DNA of 64,000 nt from the IMG/VR virus record IMGVR_UViG_3300021963_000105, positions 5,310 through 69,309 of that record; one strand, 5' to 3'. Origin of the DNA: a virus. The notes beneath the pieces are model-generated. The model made no database searches. It was not told the DNA's origin and saw only the letters and a list, made by a program, of their open reading frames with translations. Below, piece by piece: positions 26,971-36,560 of the stretch. The translations under genes and the position numbers were made by a program. Numbering within the stretch: position 1 is the first letter of the stretch; each line of letters starts with the position of its first letter.

Positions 26971-29900
26971 TTATTGGTTTTCTAAATTTTGAATTCTTGC
27001 TTCCAATTGCTCCAATCTACTTTCTAATGCTGCAACTCTATCTTCTAATGTATCGTGGTATCCTTTTAATTCTTTAATACCCTGAACAGTCAATCCATGT
27101 ACACCATTATAGTTAAGAGTTTTGAAGTATCTATTGTATTCACCACCAACCCAGTCTTCATCAACCAATACAGGTAATACTGCTTCAACTTCTTGCGCTA
27201 TTAAACCAGCTCCATGTGTTCTTTCCTCAATATCGTTGTTTCTATATGGAGAATCTTCAGTAAATTCATAAGTGTAACCACTAATTTGTGATATTTTTTC
27301 TAATGCGTTATCAATAACCTGTAAGTTGGTTTTTAAGTCTGCATCAGAGAAACCATTCCACTCCCATTGTGCACCTCTTGTTCTCAAGTGACCAGATTCA
27401 TCCAAATCCATCATTTTGGTGTATCCACAATACCACTCATATTTACGAGCGTTGGAAACAAAACCAGCAGATGTCCAGTCACCATTACCATTCACACTTA
27501 CCTCAAATGTTGCGTTTGCACCATTATCAGAGTTTGAAATACCAAATCCTTCGTATGCGTTCCATCCATTGGAAACACCCATACGATACATATGTGATAA
27601 AGGAACAAAGAATGCATCCAAACCAGCAGTTCTTGATACATCACCAGGGTCCACATACCAACTTGTATTTGCTCTATCGTAGATAATGTTAAGACGAACA
27701 TCGTTCATCTGCGATACACTATTAGGGTCTAAATAGTATCCAGTATCATCTCTATCGTAGATAAAGTTTGTTCTGATTTCATATAGATACGTTCTATTAC
27801 CAGAATAGTGGTTAATATAAGTTTCATATCCATTACGGCAATCCAAGTGTAAGTTACCATTTGTAGTAACAACAGATGCCCAACCATCAGGTCTACCATT
27901 TGAACCAGCCCACATATATGCTCCCCACGATGGATTAGGTCCGTAGAATGTACCACCTCTAATTCTCATTGCTGAATCAGATGTACTATTTGGGTCCATA
28001 TAGTATCCCGTATCATCCGAATCGTAGAATCTATTTGCGTAGAATGAACGATTGGTATGTGCATTGTTATCATACATTGCAACTTTGAACCAACCACTAT
28101 TGCTACTCCAGCTATGTCTCCACCATAATGAATCGGTTACACCACCCATCATCTGCCATCCGTATCCACTATTGTATCCGTTTACATAGTGATATGTTTG
28201 AATACCAACCCAGTGAGATGTATCACCAGGGTTGTTTGCACCAGGTCCCCAACTATCAAAGAATCCACTACCCCATGTCATTACGGTATTGAAGTCCGTA
28301 GTACCCCAACCCATTTGTCCTGTCCAATAGTTAGTATCTCCAGTTATATAAGGTCTCCAATAGTTGTATTTGTAAGTAATACCAGTCTTAGCTTGTGAAT
28401 CTGAAGTCCATCCGTTAATATTTGTACTTCTATCAGACGCAGGGTCTACTCTATATCCACTATTATTATTATCATAGAATACATTAGCATATAATTCGTT
28501 TACTTCATATATACCATATCCACTATGGTAATTGTGTCCGTAATGTCTAATTGGTCTATTTGAATAGTAGTTTAGATAGATATCAAGACCATTAAGTGCA
28601 TCTATATGTAAGTTACCAGAAAGATAAATTCTACCATTACCATTGTTTGCATATAAATAATCTACTACATTTATTCTATTAAATACAGATGTACCATTAG
28701 GGTCTGAATAATATCCAGTATTTTGTGCGTCATAAACTATGTTAGCTTGGAAGTTTTGTGCCCATGCCGTACTACCATTATCCCATCTTAAATTCCAACC
28801 AACCTGTGAAGTAGTAGAACCATATCCCAATCTCCAATCGTTTGCACCATAGTTCCACATCAATCCCCAATAGGTAGATGCGTTGTTCATTGCAAATCCA
28901 CCATTGTTATTGTATGCGTTTGATTGGAATGAGTTTCCGTTTGCAGCAATTACATAAGTAAGGTTTGATGTTCCATTAGGGTCACAATAGTATCCAGTAT
29001 TATTATAATCGTAGAATATTGGTGCTCTTGAAGAACCATATCCATATGATATACTACTTGCAATAATATCACCACTAATGTACATACCACCAGCAAAACC
29101 TATACGAGAATAAGTTGAACCATTGTTTCTTAATGCAAGGTGATGGTCGTATCCACTTCCATATTCATAACCAATACCATACATATTACCCAACGGCCAG
29201 CTTTCACCAATTGTCCAAATTACTTTAGATGATGTACCATTAACATTGTAATCACCCATCAAACCACCAGCATTTCTACTTACAAGATAATCCGAATACC
29301 ACATTCTACCCGCAAAGTTTCCTTGGTTAAAGTTTGAATAAGAGTTAGGGTCTACATAATATCCTGTATTATTTGAATCGTAAAATATTGGTGCTCTAAA
29401 TGAACTTACTTCGGTAGTATTATCACTATATGTGTATAATCTATCGTTTCCGTTATATTGTGTTCTAACACCAGGGTTTGTACTACCACCATCAACAGTA
29501 GTTGAGTTAAGAATAATAAAACCACCTCTAATTAAGATAGAATCATCCGCATCATTTTCAGTTCGGATAACTAATCTTGATGTTTCACCAGATGAAAGGT
29601 TAGTTGCCGTTTCATAGTAGATTTGTGCACCATCCGATGGATAGTTTACACCACTTCTAAAATCAATAGTAGCTCTACCATATGTACTTTCTGCTAATAA
29701 TACTAAGTTAGCAGTACCAGAACCATATGAACTTCTACCTGTGGATACATTTGCTGCTAATGTTAATCCACCTAAATTTGATGTACCATTGGGGTCTAAA
29801 TAATATCCAGTATTTGAATATTCATAGAATATAGCGGAACGCATTGAACTATCATGGTACATTAAATCACTACCAACTCTATAATATTCGGTACTAGCTC

Positions 29901-32900
29901 TCAATGCTCTATATGCATATGTGTGAGATGATGCCATTTGTGCATCAATACCATAATCAAGGTTACCAGTTATTTGAATAGCCCAGTCATTATTATTTGG
30001 TTTATTAATCCAAAGAATAGAATCCCCACCAGAAGCTTGATTATCAATACCATCCAAACGAAGTCCACTCATTACAGATGTATTTCTTGGGTCTACATAA
30101 TATGCAGTATTATTTCTATCACGGAATGTATCTGCATCTAAATTTCCAACAAACATACCCCCACCACCAAAAGTTGCGTAGTTTGTTTCCAAACTTAACT
30201 CTAATGGCCAATATCCGTTGTAAGTTGCCCAAGATGTACTATCATTACCACTACCTCTTAATACATAAAATATATTAGAGTTATTATGAATCATTGCAGA
30301 ACGATGGTCTGTATCTCTCAAATATATTGTTGGCGATGTATTTCTTAAAAATAAATTACCAGTTGTTGATAAATCGGATGTAATACCTCCACTAAATGAT
30401 ACACTACCCTGAAATGTTCTATTACCAGGTACACTTACTTTTATTACTTTCCAACCACTAATGTATGTAGTTCCACCACCGGTATAGTTAAATAATGCCT
30501 GCGGTGTCCAATATTTTGTTCCACTTCTAAATTGTCCAGTAGATGTACCAAATCCTGAAATATATCCGGTTACTTTAGTCCAAGAAGTACCAGGGTTGGT
30601 ATTTGACATTGTCCAATACCCAAACGAACCAGGGTTACCACCTAATGAACTAAATCCTTCATTATAATCAATAGAACCCATATAGTGAGTGTTTGTACCA
30701 GATACGTTTCGTATCCAACACTCCATATAGTAAACATCATTTGTATCTACCGTAATATAAGGGAATCCACTTCCATATACACCGCCAACATTTACACTAC
30801 CAGCTATTGATATTGCATATCCACCAGGGGCAGTTGAATCATTTACCCAACTTACATTACCACTATTAAAGTATGCCTGCAATTGAGTATTATTCCAAGT
30901 TGGGTCAAATTCAAATACAGTCTCACCAGTTGTGTAATGTCCAATAGGATATCTACTACTATCAACTCTTGATTGGTCTAATGCTAAACTACTAAATCTA
31001 CTATAAGAAGCTGGGTCCAAATAGTATGCGGAGTTAGAATAATCATAATAAGCATTGGCGTATATACCATTTGAGAATATTTGCATTACCTCTGAACCAT
31101 TTGTGAATATTCTAAATGATTCATCCGTATTTCTATATCTTATTCTACCAGCATAATCGCCACCATTTGCTTTACTAAAATCAATCCAACTACCTTCACC
31201 AGTTGATGTGGAAAGGTCAATAAATGCATATGCACCAGCATATACACCAATATTTGCAGATACTGCAGATGGTGTATTTGATGCTTGCCCAGCACCAGTA
31301 AAGTATCCACCTCCACCTAAATAACCATTAGTTGCTGATATTGTACTTGGTGTACTTACTGAAGTTCCAAATGTAAATGTACCATTGTTATCACCAGAAT
31401 TGAAAGCTAAATTACCACCAGTTGCTTTTATATTCCAAGAACGAGTTCCAGATTGGTCAAAACCTAATCTATCACCACTTGTCACCAATATACCAGGATC
31501 ACCAGTACTATTTATGTTTGAAGAATTTCTGAATATACCATTTGTTGTTAGATTACCAGAAGTATCTAACGTCATTTTTGATGTACCGCTACCATTTGTA
31601 TAAAAATACAAACCATATCCAGTTTCAGCCCATAGACCAGGGTCATAATTTGCATTACCTTCCCACAATCCTCTACGAGTAAATCCACCAACATTTGCAC
31701 TATTTGCAGCATTTCTCAATCTAAATCCACTACTTGCTTGTGCACTATAATATGATGTTGCAGTTACATCACCAGTAACAGTTAATAAACTACCATCAAA
31801 AGTTAAATTAGCTTCTGCATTTATTGTATTTGCACTAACCGCAGTTAATACTCTATTATCAGCTGGATTGGTGAATGAAGTGATACCTGCGTTTACACCA
31901 GAAGAACCTGATGAACCAGACGAACCACTACTTCCAGATGAACCACTTGTACCAGAAGTACCAGATGTTCCACTAGCGCCAGGTGAACCTGGTGCACCAG
32001 CAGCTCCACTACTTCCACTACTTCCACTACTTCCAGAAGAACCACTTGAACCCGATGTTCCAGAAGTTCCTCTTGTACCAGAAGTACCCGATGTTCCACT
32101 TGTTCCTGATGTGCCTGATGTGCCTGATGTGCCTGATGTTCCTGATGTGCCACTTGTACCAGAAGTACCCGATGTACCAGAAGTACCCGATGTACCGCTT
32201 GTACCACCAGTACCAGCAGTTCCCATTGTTCCACTACTTCCAGAAGTTCCACTACTTCCAGAAGTTCCAGAAGTACCAGAAGTACCGCTTGTACCAGACG
32301 TTCCACTACTTCCAGATGAACCAGACGTACCAGATGTACCAGCTGAACCAGATGTTCCAGCTGCGGCTAACCAAGTTGTACCATTATATCGATATATGTT
32401 GGTATCTGAAGTATTGTAATATATTTGTCCAGCTTTTGTACCAACAGGGTTAGATGAGAATGCTGGAATTGTTATTGAATCTTTAATTTCAACCGAACCA
32501 GTAAATTCTTGCTTATCATTTGTTGCATCTCCAAATATATTACTACCACTTGCGTAGATTAAAGATGCGGAAATGTATTGTACAAATATTTGCTGTGCTC
32601 TAATTGTACCACCAACAGTTAAATTACCACTAAGGGTTTCATTTCCAGTTACGGTTAAAGTTGTACCATCAAATTTAAGATTTGTTTCAGCAGTTACGTT
32701 TGGTGCAGTTCCATTAAGAGTAATTACACCATTATCAGTTGTACCACTTATCGTTAATGCACCAGAAGTTCCAGAAGTACCAGATGTACCAGCTGAGCCA
32801 GATGAACCAGTTGCACCAGCCGAACCAGATGTTCCAGACGTACCAGAAGTACCAGAAGTACCGCTTGTACCAGAAGTACCCGATGTACCATTTGTACCAG

Positions 32901-34476
32901 AAGTACCCGATGTTCCGCTTGTACCTGATGTACCAGATGTACCACCACTACCAGCAGTTCCCATTGTACCACTTGTACCAGAAGTTCCGCTTGTACCAGA
33001 TGTTCCACTCGTTCCAGAAGTACCAGATGTTCCGCTTGTACCAGATGTTCCGCTTGTACCAGATGTACCACCACTACCTGATGTACCACTTCCACCACCA
33101 GCACCAGTTACACCACTTGAACCAGAAGTTCCAGATGTACCACCACTACCCCCACTACCAGATGTACCAGACGAACCGGTTGTACCACCACTACCACTAC
33201 TTCCAGAAGAACCAGATGAACCCGAAGAACCCGATGAACCACCAGCTCCAGTTATACCACTTGTTCCGCTTGTACCAGAAGTACCACTTGTACCAGATGT
33301 ACCAGAAGTTCCAGAAGTTCCACTTGAACCAGTTGTTCCGGATGAACCTGTTGTACCAGCCGAACCAGTTGTACCAGCAGAACCCGTTGTACCAGCAGAA
33401 CCAGTCGAACCACTACTTCCACTTGTTCCACTTGTTCCAGAAGAACCTCCACTACCAGATGTTCCAGATGAACCAGAAGTACCAGAAGTTCCGCTTGTTC
33501 CAGAAGTACCAGAAGTACCACTTGAACCAGTTGTACCAGCTGAACCTGTTGTACCTGCTGAACCAGACGAGCCAGAAGAACCCGATGTTCCTCCACTACC
33601 ACTTGTTCCAGATGTACCAGATGTACCAGAAGTTCCAGATGTACCACCACTACCAGATGTTCCACCACTACCGCTTGTTCCACCACTACCAGAAGTACCA
33701 TCCGAACCAGTTGTACCAGATGAACCTGTTGTACCGCTTGAACCAGTTGTACCAGATGTACCACTTGTTCCAGAAGTACCAGAAGATGCAGCTGCATACT
33801 TTCTACCAATTCTACCTGTGGTTGTGTTTAATACCAATACTTCATCGGTAGTAACATCAGTTGCTATTGTATTTCCAGTTACAAATATTGAACCACTAAT
33901 ACCAACACTTCCAGTAAATTCGTGTTTATCAACTACATTATCACCAAATTTATTACTTCCACTTGCAAAAATAATAGAAGACGATATATAAGTTGCTTTT
34001 AATTCAGTTGTATTTATTGTACCAGCTACACTTAAATCTCCTCTAAAAATACCACTACCAGTTACAACTAAAAAGTCTTTTACTGTCAATGATGTTTGTA
34101 TTTCTAGCCCTTTGTTTGGTGAGATTATTGCCTGTGCTGAACCTGATTTTAATCTATCAATATCACCAATTGAAGATGCTGGAATATTTGTTATACCACT
34201 ACCATCTCCAACAAAAGTATTTGCAACTACAGAAGATGCAGAAACCGATGATGATACTAATAAAGAACCTGTTATTTTTACATTGTTTTGAATGGATAAT
34301 GTTCCCCCATTTGGAGAATTTATCTTTGAAGTTTGAACACCAGATGCCGTAATATCAGTTAAGACATTTACCGATTGGGGTGATACATTTATTACAGCCC
34401 CACCACTTACATATAGTGATAATAAACTTGCACTTAATTGATTTAAACCATCAGGACTTTTACCGTTGAATACCAT
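26971..34476 (-). CDS. Long tail fibre with Gly-Thr-Ser tracts and a C-terminal intramolecular chaperone (peptidase S74)
   Basis: 2501 aa. Ends with SDADLKTNL...ALEKISQISGYTY...GLIAQEVEAVLP...LNYNGV...GIKEL plus a coiled coil. Contains two GTS tracts and ten YD..NTGYY.DP linkers. Confidence 0.88.
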   Translation of the reverse strand: MVFNGKSPDGLNQLSASLLSLYVSGGAVINVSPQSVNVLTDITASGVQTSKINSPNGGTLSIQNNVKITGSLLVSSSVSASSVVANTFVGDGSGITNIPASSIGDIDRLKSGSAQAIISPNKGLEIQTSLTVKDFLVVTGSGIFRGDLSVAGTINTTELKATYISSSIIFASGSNKFGDNVVDKHEFTGSVGISGSIFVTGNTIATDVTTDEVLVLNTTTGRIGRKYAAASSGTSGTSGTSGTTGSSGTTGSSGTTGSDGTSGSGGTSGSGGTSGSGGTSGTSGTSGTSGTSGSGGTSGSSGSSGSAGTTGSAGTTGSSGTSGTSGTSGTSGTSGSSGTSGSGGSSGTSGTSGSSGSTGSAGTTGSAGTTGSAGTTGSSGTTGSSGTSGTSGTSGTSGTSGTSGTSGITGAGGSSGSSGSSGSSGSSGSGGTTGSSGTSGSGGSGGTSGTSGSSGVTGAGGGSGTSGSGGTSGTSGTSGTSGTSGTSGTSGTSGTSGTSGTSGTMGTAGSGGTSGTSGTSGTSGTSGTNGTSGTSGTSGTSGTSGTSGTSGSAGATGSSGSAGTSGTSGTSGALTISGTTDNGVITLNGTAPNVTAETNLKFDGTTLTVTGNETLSGNLTVGGTIRAQQIFVQYISASLIYASGSNIFGDATNDKQEFTGSVEIKDSITIPAFSSNPVGTKAGQIYYNTSDTNIYRYNGTTWLAAAGTSGSAGTSGTSGSSGSSGTSGTSGTSGTSGTSGSSGTSGSSGTMGTAGTGGTSGTSGTSGTSGTSGTSGTSGTSGTSGTSGTSGTSGTSGTSGTRGTSGTSGSSGSSGSSGSSGSSGAAGAPGSPGASGTSGTSGTSGSSGSSGSSGSSGSSGVNAGITSFTNPADNRVLTAVSANTINAEANLTFDGSLLTVTGDVTATSYYSAQASSGFRLRNAANSANVGGFTRRGLWEGNANYDPGLWAETGYGLYFYTNGSGTSKMTLDTSGNLTTNGIFRNSSNINSTGDPGILVTSGDRLGFDQSGTRSWNIKATGGNLAFNSGDNNGTFTFGTSVSTPSTISATNGYLGGGGYFTGAGQASNTPSAVSANIGVYAGAYAFIDLSTSTGEGSWIDFSKANGGDYAGRIRYRNTDESFRIFTNGSEVMQIFSNGIYANAYYDYSNSAYYLDPASYSRFSSLALDQSRVDSSRYPIGHYTTGETVFEFDPTWNNTQLQAYFNSGNVSWVNDSTAPGGYAISIAGSVNVGGVYGSGFPYITVDTNDVYYMECWIRNVSGTNTHYMGSIDYNEGFSSLGGNPGSFGYWTMSNTNPGTSWTKVTGYISGFGTSTGQFRSGTKYWTPQALFNYTGGGTTYISGWKVIKVSVPGNRTFQGSVSFSGGITSDLSTTGNLFLRNTSPTIYLRDTDHRSAMIHNNSNIFYVLRGSGNDSTSWATYNGYWPLELSLETNYATFGGGGMFVGNLDADTFRDRNNTAYYVDPRNTSVMSGLRLDGIDNQASGGDSILWINKPNNNDWAIQITGNLDYGIDAQMASSHTYAYRALRASTEYYRVGSDLMYHDSSMRSAIFYEYSNTGYYLDPNGTSNLGGLTLAANVSTGRSSYGSGTANLVLLAESTYGRATIDFRSGVNYPSDGAQIYYETATNLSSGETSRLVIRTENDADDSILIRGGFIILNSTTVDGGSTNPGVRTQYNGNDRLYTYSDNTTEVSSFRAPIFYDSNNTGYYVDPNSYSNFNQGNFAGRMWYSDYLVSRNAGGLMGDYNVNGTSSKVIWTIGESWPLGNMYGIGYEYGSGYDHHLALRNNGSTYSRIGFAGGMYISGDIIASSISYGYGSSRAPIFYDYNNTGYYCDPNGTSNLTYVIAANGNSFQSNAYNNNGGFAMNNASTYWGLMWNYGANDWRLGYGSTTSQVGWNLRWDNGSTAWAQNFQANIVYDAQNTGYYSDPNGTSVFNRINVVDYLYANNGNGRIYLSGNLHIDALNGLDIYLNYYSNRPIRHYGHNYHSGYGIYEVNELYANVFYDNNNSGYRVDPASDRSTNINGWTSDSQAKTGITYKYNYWRPYITGDTNYWTGQMGWGTTDFNTVMTWGSGFFDSWGPGANNPGDTSHWVGIQTYHYVNGYNSGYGWQMMGGVTDSLWWRHSWSSNSGWFKVAMYDNNAHTNRSFYANRFYDSDDTGYYMDPNSTSDSAMRIRGGTFYGPNPSWGAYMWAGSNGRPDGWASVVTTNGNLHLDCRNGYETYINHYSGNRTYLYEIRTNFIYDRDDTGYYLDPNSVSQMNDVRLNIIYDRANTSWYVDPGDVSRTAGLDAFFVPLSHMYRMGVSNGWNAYEGFGISNSDNGANATFEVSVNGNGDWTSAGFVSNARKYEWYCGYTKMMDLDESGHLRTRGAQWEWNGFSDADLKTNLQVIDNALEKISQISGYTYEFTEDSPYRNNDIEERTHGAGLIAQEVEAVLPVLVDEDWVGGEYNRYFKTLNYNGVHGLTVQGIKELKGYHDTLEDRVAALESRLEQLEARIQNLENQ
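31896..33783 (-). repeat. Two Gly-X-Y (GTS/GSS) coding tracts, approx. 32761-33783 and 31896-32358
   Basis: 9-bp periodic sequence translating to (GTS)n. Confidence 0.95.
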
Positions 34477-34495
34477 TCAATTTATATTTTTATTT

Positions 34496-34828
34496 TTATG
34501 TTAATTCCAATGCTGATATAATTACATCAGCCGATGAAGCTAGTGAAGATGTTACCGAAAGAAAATCATTTGCTTCCATTACCACTTTTTGCTCCCCACC
34601 AACTAAAATAGTAGAACCACCTTGTACAATTAGTGCATCTTTTACCAAATATACTGCTTTATTTGCAGAACTATCTCTTAACATTACACTAACTGATATA
34701 TTTTGTGAAGCTACATTAGCCACATTTACACCAATTACAGTTGTTGTAGTTGCTGATGGTACTTGATATGCTATCACACCATTTGTACCAATTGAACCAG
34801 TTATACTATTTTTAAATATGTTTGCCAT
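34496..34828 (-). CDS. Small structural/adaptor protein
   Basis: 110-aa beta-rich ORF, similar to the two ends of 46434..47306. Confidence 0.7.
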   Translation of the reverse strand: MANIFKNSITGSIGTNGVIAYQVPSATTTTVIGVNVANVASQNISVSVMLRDSSANKAVYLVKDALIVQGGSTILVGGEQKVVMEANDFLSVTSSLASSADVIISALELT

Positions 34829-34832
34829 TTTT

Positions 34833-35162
34833 TTATCCTAATGCTATTGAATATGCCAAAGCTGTATCCAATACGTTTACACCATCTACTTGTACCTGTC
34901 CTCCATTTATTACATTAACATTACCTTGCACAGTTTCCGAACCACTTAATAACATAGAACCTGTTACTTTTTGTATATCGTTTGAAAATGTACCCAAAGT
35001 TAAAGTTCTTGTTACAACTAAATTTTCAAAAGTAGCTTGATTTACTTCAATTTCACCCTTAAATGAACCAGTAAAAGACCCAGTGAATGAACCACTTAAA
35101 TTTGCGTAGGCATTTGCCGATTGAATTATCGAACCCGAAAATATAGGACTTTGTATTTTCAT
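34833..35162 (-). CDS. Small fibre-related protein
   Basis: SGSFTGSFTGSFKG and QKVTGSMLLSGS motifs like those in the giant fibres, ending AYSIALG. Confidence 0.7.
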   Translation of the reverse strand: MKIQSPIFSGSIIQSANAYANLSGSFTGSFTGSFKGEIEVNQATFENLVVTRTLTLGTFSNDIQKVTGSMLLSGSETVQGNVNVINGGQVQVDGVNVLDTALAYSIALG

Positions 35163-35208
35163 TTAATAGTTTGTAATGTTATAGATATAAATATAAGTTA
35201 TCTATCTT

Positions 35209-35652
35209 TTATGGTTTCTCCGGCCAAACTATATTAAAAGGGTCTGATTGGGATGTAATATCTCTCAAATCTTGTCTATATGATTGGTAGGAAGTTTTAA
35301 TACTTTCAGAAACATCTCCTAATTGTGTCCAATCACACTCTGATAATAACTGATTTCTTAATTCTCTAATTTCACTCCACTTTATTGCTAATCTTAATTC
35401 TTTTTCAGAATCAGATGTATTTGTTTGTACCCAATTTTGATAATAAATGCCATCCGTTAAAATTGGAGTTCCTTCCGATATATTTTTTGTATAATCGTTT
35501 GGCTTTTGGGTTTGTGTTACTTCAAATACACCAAACTCATTTAATGTTTCAGTAGGTATGTTTAACGGAAATGTATAAGTCTTATTATCTACTCTAAATT
35601 GTTGTAAAGAGTATGGGTATGTTATTTCGTTATCTATTATTCTTAAATACAT
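35209..35652 (-). CDS. Tail fibre assembly chaperone-like protein
   Basis: WSEIRELRNQLLSECDWTQL...YRQDLRDIT...IVWPEKP. Confidence 0.85.
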   Translation of the reverse strand: MYLRIIDNEITYPYSLQQFRVDNKTYTFPLNIPTETLNEFGVFEVTQTQKPNDYTKNISEGTPILTDGIYYQNWVQTNTSDSEKELRLAIKWSEIRELRNQLLSECDWTQLGDVSESIKTSYQSYRQDLRDITSQSDPFNIVWPEKP

Positions 35653-35653
35653 A

Positions 35654-36556
35654 TTATTTGAAAGTTGATGGTATTGATGCGTAATTAGTTAAACCAGTAC
35701 AATTTCTAAATGCACCGGTTCCAAACGGAGTTGGTGTTCTTAACCAAATTGTAGGAGCAGTTCCACTAATACTATTTGTAGTTGAACTCATATAATACAC
35801 ATTTTGAAATGTTGAAACCGATGTATTATAAGTAAATTGAATTACACCAGATGTTATTGCTGCACATTGTCTAAATGTTTGTGAAAAGTTTACTACATCA
35901 GGACATGCATCAAATAAAGTTAGAGGTACAGTTGTTAATGATGTACATCCATAAAATGTAGATGTAAAATCAACTGCCAATGGTACACTATTAAATAATC
36001 CAGACGGAACTGAAGTTATTGGTGAAAATGAAAATGCTGAATTAAATAATTGTGAATTTGGGGAATAATTAAACATATCCGATGGAATTGTTGTTAATCC
36101 AGTTCTTGACATAAATCCCGTCCAATCAATCAATTCATCCAATCCATCATATCCACCAACTGCCGATAAAGATGCAGATGATGGTATTGATGTTAAAAGA
36201 TTACAACCTTGAAAATTTAATCTTCTCAATCCGTTTATACCAAATTGTATTATAGCAGTATATAATCCACGATTAGTTGAACTATTATTTACAGTAAATG
36301 CAGGCATAAACCCACTTATACTAATCTGATAAGTATTTGCAGTTACATATGTATGTGTTAATGCTATATCGGATGATGATGTTATTACATCACTACTACC
36401 ATCTCCCCAATCTACAACAATATTAGGTGTTAATCCCTCATAATCATAAATAGGCAATCTAAATGCTTTATTAGCCGTTGTAGTTGTTATTTCAAATTTA
36501 AACGGATATAATGTACTACCTTCTCCCTGTGTTGTTAATCTTCTAAATATTCCCAT
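35654..36556 (-). CDS. PKD-like + BspA/DUF285-type leucine-rich repeat protein, candidate adhesin
   Basis: VVDWGDG...THTY followed by about 25-aa repeats such as LTTIPSDMF, ITSVPSGLF, FYGCTSLTTVPLTLF and AFRNCTGLT. Confidence 0.7.
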   Translation of the reverse strand: MGIFRRLTTQGEGSTLYPFKFEITTTTANKAFRLPIYDYEGLTPNIVVDWGDGSSDVITSSSDIALTHTYVTANTYQISISGFMPAFTVNNSSTNRGLYTAIIQFGINGLRRLNFQGCNLLTSIPSSASLSAVGGYDGLDELIDWTGFMSRTGLTTIPSDMFNYSPNSQLFNSAFSFSPITSVPSGLFNSVPLAVDFTSTFYGCTSLTTVPLTLFDACPDVVNFSQTFRQCAAITSGVIQFTYNTSVSTFQNVYYMSSTTNSISGTAPTIWLRTPTPFGTGAFRNCTGLTNYASIPSTFK

Positions 36557-36560
36557 AACT

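Noticed and set aside
26971-36556. Diversity-generating retroelement or shufflon acting on fibre tips
   Set aside because: No reverse transcriptase, invertase, adenine-variable repeat pair or inverted cassettes were seen in the window.
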